Part shown: positions 8,802 to 20,950 of the stretch, one piece after another
Numbering within the stretch: position 1 is the first letter of the stretch
Layout of the letters: each line of letters begins with the position of its first letter
Source: Candidatus Limnocylindrales bacterium
GTDB taxonomy: Bacteria; Chloroflexota; Limnocylindria; Limnocylindrales; CSP1-4
Reading direction: 5' to 3'
Assembly: GCA_038230295.1 (NCBI GenBank)
Contig: JBBRNM010000006.1
Span: 1-59,944, forward strand
Length of the DNA stretch: 59,944 bases
Position numbers and translations under genes: made by a program
The notes under the pieces: model-generated
Databases searched by the model: none
What the model was told of the DNA's origin: nothing
Seen by the model: the letters and a program-made list of their open reading frames with translations, nothing else

Positions 8802-10127
8802 GTGACATCCAGCGGAACTCGCGCCGTCACGACCTTGATCGCGATCACCGCGCTCGTCATGTCCGCTTGCACGGGCGTTGTCACGACGTCATCCCCAGCC
8901 TCGCAGACATCGTTGCCGACGTCGGCGCCGCCGTCATCGACCTCCGCGCCACTTCCGACGGCCTCCCCGTCCCTCCCACAGGGTGTCGGCACCTGGAGCG
9001 CCACGGGCAGCATGGTTTCAGCCCACGGCCCGGAGTCCACGGCGACCCTGTTGGCCGACGGCAAGGTGCTCGTCGCGGGGGGCGAGGACGAGTCAGCAGG
9101 GGGTAGCGGCAACGTATCCGTGACGGCCGCCGCCGAGCTCTACGACCCGAGTACCGGGCAATGGACGGCGACGGGCGACATGACGATGTCGCGCTCCCAG
9201 CACACCGCGACCCTGCTTCAAGACGGCAGGGTCCTCGTGGCGGGCGGCGTCTGTTCAAAGCGATGCCCGGCAAAATTTGATCCCGACCTTGATCCCTCCG
9301 GAGCGGTCGCCACTGCGGAGATCTACGACCCGCGCACCGGCAAGTGGAACGTCACGGGGAGCATGACGACGCCCCGCGCACTGCACACGGCAACCCTCCT
9401 TGCCGACGGCAAGGTCCTGGTGGCCGGAGCCGAACACGCGGACGAGAATTTTGGCTGGCCCGAACCCTTCGCTCGGGGAATCCTTGCCTCCACCGAGCTC
9501 TACGACCCGGGCACCGGGAAGTGGACCGCGACCGGCAGCATGACCACGCCGCGGACCCAGCAACTCGCCGCACTGCTCCGTGACGGCAAGGTCCTGGTGG
9601 TGGGGGGCATCGGGCCGGTGTCTCCAACGGCACACGATGTCCTGGCCTCCGCCGAGGTCTACAACCCGGCCACCGGGAAATGGACGGCCACCGGCCGCCT
9701 GACGACGGCGCGCGCGTATGGAGCGGCGGCCACCATCCTCAAGGATGGCAAGGTCCTCCTGACAGGCGGTGACGGTCCCGGTGACCCCAACCTGGCCTCG
9801 GCCGAGCTCTACGACCCGCTCAGTGGGACATGGACGACGACGGGCAGCATGGCCACGGCACGCGGCGTGCTCGCCGCAACCCTGCTCGCCGATGGCAAGG
9901 TCCTGGTCTCGGCTGGCTGTGATTGCGGGGGGCCCGGCCCTTTGCTGGCGTTCGCCGAGATCTACGACCCGAGCAGCGGGACATGGACGGCCGCCGCAAG
10001 CCTGATCACCGCGCGTTGGGGGCACACCGCCACCCTGCTCAAGAACGGCAAGGTCCTCGTGGCGGGCGGGGGCACTAATGGCGGATCGGCGTCGTCCGCC
10101 GAGCTCTATGACGAAGCGGGGACCTGA
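8802..10127 (+). CDS. Kelch-repeat lipoprotein 1
   Basis: GAGGAGG RBS, lipobox VMSAC, about 6 repeats of HTATLLxDGKVLVAGG...AELYDP..G.W. Confidence 0.9.
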   Translation: MTSSGTRAVTTLIAITALVMSACTGVVTTSSPASQTSLPTSAPPSSTSAPLPTASPSLPQGVGTWSATGSMVSAHGPESTATLLADGKVLVAGGEDESAGGSGNVSVTAAAELYDPSTGQWTATGDMTMSRSQHTATLLQDGRVLVAGGVCSKRCPAKFDPDLDPSGAVATAEIYDPRTGKWNVTGSMTTPRALHTATLLADGKVLVAGAEHADENFGWPEPFARGILASTELYDPGTGKWTATGSMTTPRTQQLAALLRDGKVLVVGGIGPVSPTAHDVLASAEVYNPATGKWTATGRLTTARAYGAAATILKDGKVLLTGGDGPGDPNLASAELYDPLSGTWTTTGSMATARGVLAATLLADGKVLVSAGCDCGGPGPLLAFAEIYDPSSGTWTAAASLITARWGHTATLLKNGKVLVAGGGTNGGSASSAELYDEAGT

Positions 10128-10379
10128 GCCCGCGCGAGCTCGAGCGTCCCCGAACCCTTTAGACCGGTCGTCCGCGCACCGCAAAGGGATTCGACAGCCT
10201 CTCCCTGACCGCCGACGGCGCGCTCTGTGGCGCCGTCGCGTTCCACCAAGCGGCCGCGGCCGAGGGCATTGGGGCCTAGTGACGGTCTCGGAAACGTTGG
10301 TGCCATCGTGCTGGGTGTGGTGAGCCGTCCTGACCGCCCCGAGCGGCGGCGGAAGCGTCGACCTTCTGGTGCGAATTTG

Positions 10380-10407
10380 CCAACCGGGGCGCGCGCGCAG
10401 ACATCAG
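10380..10407 (+). promoter_or_regulatory. Putative ECF promoter P2, copy A
   Basis: CCAACC-N15-ACATCAG upstream of TolB-like gene 1; matches three other copies. Confidence 0.6.
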
Positions 10408-10458
10408 TGGGTCGAGGGGTCCGTGTGGGATTCCGGACGACGACGCTTGATGGAGGCG

Positions 10459-11610
10459 ATGGTGACAGGCCGAACGATGCTACGAACCAGCCGGGTCGTG
10501 AACGTGGTCGCTGTTCTCTTTCTGGCAGCATGCACCGGGGCGGCGCCTACTCCTTCTGGGACAGAGTCCCCGGCTGCTCCGTCAACGGCGACCCCGTTGG
10601 CGGAGGCATCGCCGTCGTCGACGCCCAGCGGAAGCCAGGCGACAGCGACGAAGCTCGGGGGCCAGATCGTGTTCGAGAACGTCGGTGACGACGCGGCTCA
10701 TTCGCAGGTCTGGGTCGAGAACGCTGACGCCTCGCAAGCACGCCAGCTCGTTACCGATTCGTTCAGCGACGGTGAGCCCGCACTATCGCCCGACGGCAAG
10801 ACCGTGGCCTTTGATCAGTCCCGCGGCGTCCCCATAGACGCCATGCTCGCCGATCCCGGCGTGGACGGCGGCATCATGCTGGTCAACGTCGACGGCTCGG
10901 GCCTTCACCGACTCGCGACACACTTGGGTATCCGCAACAAGTGCGGCGACGGAATCGAAGGCGACGCGTTTTCGCCGGATGGACGAACGCTCGTGTTCAC
11001 GCGGCTCTGCGTCACGGGCTCGTTTGGTCTCTGGATCGCGGCCGTCGATGGCTCAGACGAGCGCGAGGTCACCAGAAGCACGACGTCGCCCCAGGTCCTC
11101 CGTCGGTTCCTTCGCGACGGAATCGGATTTGTTCACCTCGAGGATCATCGCGCGACCTGGTCACCCGACGGGAAGCACTTGGTCTTCGAGCGGATCGACA
11201 CGTCGACGACACCGGAACGTGCCGCCATCTTCACGATCGCGGTCGACGGTTCCGACCTTCGCCAGGTGACAGATTGGTCCGTTGACGGGAACGACCCGGA
11301 CTGGTCGCCAGATGGAAGGCTGATCGTCTTCAATGCCCCTGCGGAGGAAGGTGGCGAGCAGAACATCTACACGATCCATCCCGACGGCTCCGGCCTGACG
11401 AAGCTCACTGATTTCAAAGGGACGGACCAGACGACGTTCCACCCGTCGTGGTCGCCGGACGGTAGGCACATCCTCTTCTCGCACAGCCCCGCGACGGACG
11501 GCTTCGTCGACTTACTCGTCATGAACGCCGACGGGACGGACCGTCATGCCCTCGCCGCGACGAAGATCCACGAGAACCACGCCTTCTGGGGGCCGAGTCC
11601 GAGTCCATGA
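10459..11610 (+). CDS. TolB-like (PD40) beta-propeller lipoprotein 1
   Basis: Lipobox LAAC, linker, repeats PALSPDG/AFSPDG/TWSPDG/PDWSPDG/PSWSPDG. Start uncertain (10450-10477). Confidence 0.85.
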   Translation: MVTGRTMLRTSRVVNVVAVLFLAACTGAAPTPSGTESPAAPSTATPLAEASPSSTPSGSQATATKLGGQIVFENVGDDAAHSQVWVENADASQARQLVTDSFSDGEPALSPDGKTVAFDQSRGVPIDAMLADPGVDGGIMLVNVDGSGLHRLATHLGIRNKCGDGIEGDAFSPDGRTLVFTRLCVTGSFGLWIAAVDGSDEREVTRSTTSPQVLRRFLRDGIGFVHLEDHRATWSPDGKHLVFERIDTSTTPERAAIFTIAVDGSDLRQVTDWSVDGNDPDWSPDGRLIVFNAPAEEGGEQNIYTIHPDGSGLTKLTDFKGTDQTTFHPSWSPDGRHILFSHSPATDGFVDLLVMNADGTDRHALAATKIHENHAFWGPSPSP

Positions 11611-11644
11611 ACAGCGTGCGACAGAGCGGCGAGGCAACTTTGGG

Positions 11645-11672
11645 CCAACCGCTGAACGAGCGCGTGCATCAA
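11645..11672 (+). promoter_or_regulatory. Putative ECF promoter P2, copy B (autoregulatory, sigma-2)
   Basis: CCAACC-N15-GCATCAA about 60 nt upstream of sigma-2. Confidence 0.7.
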
Positions 11673-11731
11673 TGGTGCATGGACAGAACGCGTGGCCGGG
11701 TGACCGACCGGGCAGGTCAGGCGCAGGACTG

Positions 11732-12307
11732 ATGGAGCCGGTCGCGGTCGTGAACCGCGCGCTCGTCTCGACCGAGTCGGCGTTCGTCCGCCGCGCCGCC
11801 AAAGGCGATGCAGGCGCCTTCGAACAGCTCGTCGCGACGAGGTCTCAGCATGCATTTCGAATCGCGCGAGCCATCCTCGGCAACGACGCCGACGCGCGCG
11901 ATGCGACGCAGGATGCCCTCGTCTCGGCCTGGAGGCAGCTCCCGAGTCTCCGCGATCCGGAGAGCTTCGACGCGTGGCTCCGGAGGATCCTGGTGAACGC
12001 GTGCCAGGCGCAGATCCGCAGCCGTCGCCATGTTCGCGAGATCAGTCTCGATGACTCGTTCGATCGCAAAGCGCCCGGCCCGGGGATCGCTGAGCAGGTC
12101 GGCGACACCGAAGTGCTCAGCAAGGCGTTCGACCGACTCGACGTCGAGAAGCGATCGATCCTCGTCCTCCATTACCTCAACCACGAACCCGTCGCTTCGA
12201 TCGCCACCGACCTGAAGATCCCGAGTGGGACCGCGAAGTGGCGGCTTTCCGAGGCGCGCGCGGCGTTGCAACGTGCCCTCACGGCAGAAGGCGAGGCCCG
12301 ATCGTGA
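11732..12307 (+). CDS. ECF RNA polymerase sigma factor (sigma-2)
   Basis: GDAGAFEQL, DARDATQDALVSAWRQLPSLRDPESFDAWLRRILVN, IPSGTAKWRLSEAR. Confidence 0.95.
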   Translation: MEPVAVVNRALVSTESAFVRRAAKGDAGAFEQLVATRSQHAFRIARAILGNDADARDATQDALVSAWRQLPSLRDPESFDAWLRRILVNACQAQIRSRRHVREISLDDSFDRKAPGPGIAEQVGDTEVLSKAFDRLDVEKRSILVLHYLNHEPVASIATDLKIPSGTAKWRLSEARAALQRALTAEGEARS

Positions 12308-13707
12308 CCGCGCGACGACCCGTGCTGACCGATTCGATGATCGAGCGAATGCTCGTCGAGCGAGCAGGTGCCGAAACGCCCGCCGACCTGACGCAGGGTA
12401 TTCTCCGGGCCGCCGCGGCCGTCCGACAGAACCGGCGAACACCATTCCTGCCCGCGCTTCCCGACCGGCGCACACAGGTGCTGCTCGCCGCGGCCGTGGT
12501 CGGGCTCCTCGTGCTCGCGACCGCTCTCGCCTTGACCGGAGCGTCGCGCCTCTTCCGGGTTCAGCAACTCGTTGTGGCGCCGACTTCGTCGCCGACGCTG
12601 ATCGTCGACGCGTCGCCGTCGGCGGCGCCTATCGCCTTGAGTACACCAGGACCGACCCAGAGTGCGCTGATCGCGTTCCCGACCCGACCTGGGATGCTCG
12701 AGTCGATCGCTGACTTCCTCGTGGCCTCAGACACAGTCGGCTGGGTCAGGACGAATGTGCCTGCTGCGATTTACCGAACGACGGACCTGGGCTCCACGTG
12801 GACGGAGGTTCGACCGCCGGGTTGGTCAGCCGCTGCCGCGGCTGCTTTCGTCGACGTCGACACGATGTACGCAGAGGCCGCGGGGACCATCTCGGCGACG
12901 CACGACGGTGGGGTGACATGGGTCGACGTGGCCGTGGATAAGGCTCTGATCTCAGGCCGGGCTGACTTCACGTTCCGCACCGCTACGGATGCCTACGCAA
13001 CGTTTCCCGCGGAGGGCGCCGACCCCCTCCTCGTGTACCACACGACGGACGGCGGCAGGACTTGGACGGGACCCCTGGCCGGAAAGGTGCCGCACTTGGA
13101 GGCGAGCATGGGGAAGGTGGCGGGGCCACACGGCGAGTTCCTCCTCCAAAGCGCGGGTAAGTTCCCGAACAAACCATTCGACAACCGATTCTTCCTCTCG
13201 GCAGACGGGGGTGTGACTTGGACGGAATACACCTTCCCGATCAGGGTTGGGTCGCCGGCGAATTCGATGAAGTCGGTGTCGGCCATCGACCGCGAAGACA
13301 ATGGACGCCTCCTCGTTTCGATCCGGATCAGTCCCGACGGTCAGCTTGATCTCCCGGACGCGATCTACGAGAGTGGCGGCGATACGGCTACCTGGCGCCT
13401 CATCGAGCAGCTGCCGCTCGGCGCATCAGTTCAATTCCTCTCACCCACCGATTGGGTGCGATTCTCCAACGCGCCGTCGGCGATCGCCTGGACCGTCGAC
13501 GCGGGCGGCCACTGGGAGTCGATCAGTCCGTCAACCTCGCTCTACGACTTTCAGCCCGAGGCGGCGCATCAGTTCGCGACAACGAGAACGGGTTGGGCGA
13601 TCAAGCAGTGCGGATTTTCGGCTGCTGCGGGCTGCACGGACCCCCACGCCACACTGCTGTTCGGGACCAGAGATAGCGGAGCTTCGTGGACGCAGGTCGG
13701 GAAGTGA
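12304..13707 (+). CDS. Putative membrane anti-sigma factor with an Asp-box/BNR beta-propeller
   Basis: GTGA overlap with sigma-2; TM helix VLLAAAVVGLLVLATALAL; repeats TTDLGSTW, THDGGVTW, TTDGGRTW, SADGGVTW, TVDAGGHW, TRDSGASW. Confidence 0.8.
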   Translation: MTARRPVLTDSMIERMLVERAGAETPADLTQGILRAAAAVRQNRRTPFLPALPDRRTQVLLAAAVVGLLVLATALALTGASRLFRVQQLVVAPTSSPTLIVDASPSAAPIALSTPGPTQSALIAFPTRPGMLESIADFLVASDTVGWVRTNVPAAIYRTTDLGSTWTEVRPPGWSAAAAAAFVDVDTMYAEAAGTISATHDGGVTWVDVAVDKALISGRADFTFRTATDAYATFPAEGADPLLVYHTTDGGRTWTGPLAGKVPHLEASMGKVAGPHGEFLLQSAGKFPNKPFDNRFFLSADGGVTWTEYTFPIRVGSPANSMKSVSAIDREDNGRLLVSIRISPDGQLDLPDAIYESGGDTATWRLIEQLPLGASVQFLSPTDWVRFSNAPSAIAWTVDAGGHWESISPSTSLYDFQPEAAHQFATTRTGWAIKQCGFSAAAGCTDPHATLLFGTRDSGASWTQVGK

Positions 13708-14978
13708 ACTGGCAACGGTCCGCCGCTGCGACCGACCTCAACCGCCCGTGGCTCGCGCTCCTGGGAGCCGTCGGATTGCTCACGGCCGCATGTGCCCCGT
13801 CGGTCGCGGCTCCGGGACCATCGGCCTCTCCACGAGTCGTAATATCCACGACGTTCGCAGCGTCTACGTCGCAGCCATCGTCCCGCGCAACTCCAACTTC
13901 CTCGGTCCCCGCCTCTGCATGGGCCACCGTCGGCTCGATGAGCACGCCTCGGGTCGAGTTCACGGCAACATTGCTTCGCGACGGCAAGGTCCTTGTCGCC
14001 GGCGGATTCGCGAATGGCAACGGCGAGGACCCGCGCGCGTCGGCCGAACTCTACGATCCCCAAACGCGATCGTGGAGTCCGACCGGGCCTATGCGCGAGG
14101 CGAGAGCGGGTCAATCCGCGACGCTGCTCCCCGACGGGAACGTGCTCATAGCTGGCGGCGACAGCAGCCCAGGGGCCCCGCTCGCCTCAGCAGAGCTCTA
14201 CAACCCCTTGCGCGGGGCATGGACGGCAGTCAAGCCGATGGGTAGCGCTCGAAGTGACCACACCGCGACACTGCTTCGAAACGGGAAGGTCATCATTGCC
14301 GGCGGGTCGACGGCGGATGGACCCACTGCGTCAACAGAGATCTACGATCCGCAAGGGGGGACGTGGTCCCGCGGCCCAACCATGGCGGTCGCCCGTGCCG
14401 TTCGTACCGCAAACCTCCTTCCCGACGGTCGCGTCCTTATCACCGGAGGCGTTGGCCGTGGATCGGTCGGGCTGTCTTCGTCAGAGCTCTATAACCCGAT
14501 CTCAAATTCGTGGCGCAACGCACGCGCGATGAACAGCATTCGTGCGGCTCACACCTCCACGCTCCTGGCGGTCGGCCGCGTGCTCGTCGCGGCCGGGCTG
14601 AGCGGCGGTTTCGCGGGCGACCTCAACTTGAGCGAAATCCTCGCGTCGGCCGAGCTCTACGACCCGCGCACGGACTCCTGGACGATGACAGGGAGCATGG
14701 AGGCTGCGCGGTTCCAGTACCCCGCAATCATCCTGGCGGACGGCAGGGTGGTAGCGATCGCCGGAGACACCCTCGGCCCGGGTCCGCTCGCCTCGGTCGA
14801 GATCTACGACCCCAGCGAGGGATCATGGACGACGATTCAGGCAGTGATCGAGGGCCGTGCAGCTGCGGTTGCGATCACCCTGCGGGACGGCGATGTCCTC
14901 GTCGTTGGTGGTGAGGGTCCGGGCGCTTCGGGACTCGCCTCCGCGGAACTGTTCAATCCCGCCCTACCCACCACGTGA
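13704..14978 (+). CDS. Kelch-repeat lipoprotein 2
   Basis: GTGA overlap; lipobox TAAC; repeated TATLLxDGxVLVAGG...AELYDP. Confidence 0.9.
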   Translation: MNWQRSAAATDLNRPWLALLGAVGLLTAACAPSVAAPGPSASPRVVISTTFAASTSQPSSRATPTSSVPASAWATVGSMSTPRVEFTATLLRDGKVLVAGGFANGNGEDPRASAELYDPQTRSWSPTGPMREARAGQSATLLPDGNVLIAGGDSSPGAPLASAELYNPLRGAWTAVKPMGSARSDHTATLLRNGKVIIAGGSTADGPTASTEIYDPQGGTWSRGPTMAVARAVRTANLLPDGRVLITGGVGRGSVGLSSSELYNPISNSWRNARAMNSIRAAHTSTLLAVGRVLVAAGLSGGFAGDLNLSEILASAELYDPRTDSWTMTGSMEAARFQYPAIILADGRVVAIAGDTLGPGPLASVEIYDPSEGSWTTIQAVIEGRAAAVAITLRDGDVLVVGGEGPGASGLASAELFNPALPTT

Positions 14979-15013
14979 CGCAACCCCGCTCGGGACGTTG
15001 CTGAGAAATATCC

Positions 15014-15041
15014 CCAACCGACGCCGCGGCCGTGGCATCAA
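15014..15041 (+). promoter_or_regulatory. Putative ECF promoter P2, copy C
   Basis: CCAACC-N15-GCATCAA. Confidence 0.65.
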
Positions 15042-15122
15042 GGCGGTATAGGCCGTAGTCGGCGAACGAGCCCTCGTCTCGAGGATCAGCGGATGGAGCC
15101 CGTCGCGTCCTCGGAAAGAGGT

Positions 15123-15150
15123 CCAACCGCTCGGTCGCTGGAAGCATCAA
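15123..15150 (+). promoter_or_regulatory. Putative ECF promoter P2, copy D
   Basis: CCAACC-N15-GCATCAA about 60 nt upstream of TolB-like gene 2. Confidence 0.7.
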
Positions 15151-15213
15151 CGGATCAGTAAAGGCGATAGGAGACAAATCCGGGGTCGTCCCGCGGTCCT
15201 GAGGAGGCGACTC

Positions 15214-16371
15214 ATGTGGTCCCGGAGATTTCACCCGAAGAGCGCAGCCGTGATCGCTGCGGCCATCGTCGCCGCTGCCTGCTCATCTGCCGGACCAGCG
15301 ACGGCGCCGCTCGGCTCGACCCCGGGCGCGACTTCGGCCGGCCTCGTCACGTCCCCATCGCCGCGGCCTTCACCGCCGGCATCGGGGCCATCGCCCGCGC
15401 CGTCGGAATCGACGACGGTCGGAGCCGGCGAGGAGTGGGTCGTCTTCCAGTCCCTGGCCGACCAGTTCGACCCGGCCGCTGACCAGGATGGGATTGAGCA
15501 TGACGACACGATCTTCCTGGTTCGGACCGATGGCACAGGACTTCATCGACTCCCGCCCGTTGACCTCGTCGGGTCGGAGATTCGGCCCCGCTGGTCACCG
15601 GACGGAAACCAGATCGCCTTCATCCGCGGCCACCTGCCCGGTGACATCAATGAGCTCTGGATCATCAACGCCGACGGCAGCGGCGGAAGGGCCGTGTACA
15701 CGTGCGGCCCGGGGTGCAACACCATCGGGAACCCCGACTGGAGCCCCGATGGCAAGGCCCTCTTCTTCGAGGGCGACTCTGACGTCCCAGCCGAGGGCCC
15801 CCCTCGCACCTTCCAGATGTTCCGGTATGACCTCGCGACCCACGAGACCAAGCCGGCGTTCACTCGTCACGACACGATGACCGCCGAGCAGATGGCGTTG
15901 TCACCGGATGGCACGCAGGTCGTCTTCAGCCGCGGGAAGCGGGACGCCGAGACCCAGAACGCCCTTTTCGTCGCCGATTCGAATGGCGCTCACGAGCGCC
16001 GAATTACCGCGTGGGGCATGGCGGTGGCATATCCCGGATGGTCGGTCACTGGCCGCATCGTCTTCAACACCCACGACCTCCGCGCCGACCCGACGACAAC
16101 GGCCGCCGCGAACATCTACACGATCAACCCGGACGGGAGCAACCTGCGGCAGCTGACGTCGTACCACGCCAACGACACGCGAGCCACCCAGCCGCGCTGG
16201 ACGCAGGACGGACGAGGGATCGTTTACACGCTCGTCACCCGCGACGCCTTCGACCCATACGGCGTGCGCACCTTGGCCTACATGGACGCGGACGGCAGCC
16301 ATGCACGTCTCCTGACCCCCGAACCGATCATCGGGACGCACCCGGAGCTGCGGCCGATCCCACGTTCCTGA
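15214..16371 (+). CDS. TolB-like (PD40) beta-propeller lipoprotein 2
   Basis: GAGGAGG RBS, lipobox AAAC, repeats PRWSPDG/PDWSPDG/ALSPDG. Confidence 0.88.
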   Translation: MWSRRFHPKSAAVIAAAIVAAACSSAGPATAPLGSTPGATSAGLVTSPSPRPSPPASGPSPAPSESTTVGAGEEWVVFQSLADQFDPAADQDGIEHDDTIFLVRTDGTGLHRLPPVDLVGSEIRPRWSPDGNQIAFIRGHLPGDINELWIINADGSGGRAVYTCGPGCNTIGNPDWSPDGKALFFEGDSDVPAEGPPRTFQMFRYDLATHETKPAFTRHDTMTAEQMALSPDGTQVVFSRGKRDAETQNALFVADSNGAHERRITAWGMAVAYPGWSVTGRIVFNTHDLRADPTTTAAANIYTINPDGSNLRQLTSYHANDTRATQPRWTQDGRGIVYTLVTRDAFDPYGVRTLAYMDADGSHARLLTPEPIIGTHPELRPIPRS

Positions 16372-16642
16372 CGAGCCGGCGTTCGACGCGGCCGGAGCAA
16401 GGCTCAGCCGGGCGCCCCAGAGGCGACCAGCGACGCGGCGTTTCCGGAAGGAGCGGCCGAGCGAGACGCGAGCCACTCGCCGAGGGGTCGAACTTAGAAA
16501 AGGCGGTCGATGACGTTCCTCGGCCTCGCACGGATATTTTCCTAGGTGTTCTGCGACTCGGATGCTCAAGACCCGCGTGCCTGTCAGCTCCGGTTGAACA
16601 AACCGAACCGGACGCGATCAACGAGCACCCGACGGTCCCGCG

Positions 16643-17305
16643 CAACAAGAACTCCTCATGCTGCCGGTCATCGAGCGGGAATGGGTGGAGCCCTCCCCGG
16701 GCCAGGCTGAAGAAGAGCGGGATGAACCCGACGAGCAGGGTCCACTGGTTGATCTTGTCGCTGATCAGAGCCCCGAGGGCCGCGGCAGGGCGAAGGGCGA
16801 GCACGAACAGGACCGTGATCACGATCTCCGGCGCCTCGCCCGCGAGCGGGGCGAGCCATTGGACGAGGAAGAACGGATCGATGCCGAGCTGGCGGCCCGT
16901 GCCGAGCAGGGACTCGGCGAAAGGCTGGGCCGCCAGGACGATGACGATCGCGGCGCCAATCGCGAGGGCGGCGATCACGACCCATTGGCGGCGGATCGGC
17001 AGGCTCGCAAGGGCGGCCGCCGGCCCGACTTCTTCGTCGTTATTGTCTTCGTCGACTTCCCGCTTCAATCGCGACAGCCGCCACAGGTACGCGGCGAAGA
17101 TGAGGCCAAGCACGACGGTGTCGATGATGTCGATCTGGCCCTTCGCGACGATCACGAACGCATAGAGGCTCGCGATCGCCAGGAACGCGATCTCGACGGC
17201 GTTCGCGGCCTGAAGAGGGACGCTCCGCGCGCGTGATCGCCACCAGTACAGGAGTGCGATAAGCGGCCAGCCGGTCCCGATCAGGAGACGGTTCGCGCCG
17301 GTCAT
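16643..17305 (-). pseudogene. Ca2+/cation (CaCA, Na/Ca exchanger) antiporter internal fragment
   Basis: MTGANRLLIG.GWP and QWLAPLAGEAPE...ISDKINQWTLL are internal CaCA alpha-repeat segments. N-terminal helices are missing and the frame continues into non-membrane sequence after HEEFLL. Confidence 0.75.
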
Positions 17306-17321
17306 GCGCTGACGCGGGCGA

Positions 17322-17381
17322 GGGACCTGAGCGAGCCGGGGCCGAGCGAGCCTGGGCCGAGGGAGCCTGGGCCGAGGGAGG
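17322..17381. repeat. 15-bp tandem repeat (3 good units plus 1 degenerate)
   Basis: CGGGGCCGAGCGAGC / CTGGGCCGAGGGAGC / CTGGGCCGAGGGAGG at 17337-17381, between the carB stop and the antiporter fragment. Confidence 0.7.
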
Positions 17382-17394
17382 TCCGCGTCGCGAC

Positions 17395-20943
<3,549 letters not shown>

Positions 20944-20950
20944 CGGTCCC

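Noticed and set aside
8802-14978. Recurring DNA words such as GCCGAGCTCTACGACCCG as a CRISPR array or DGR template/variable repeats
   Set aside because: They are codons of Kelch repeats within ORFs; no cas genes, reverse transcriptase or adenine-specific variation.
16604-16631. Fifth copy of the P2 promoter (CGAACC-N15-GCACCC)
   Set aside because: Mismatches in both boxes and no downstream + strand gene.
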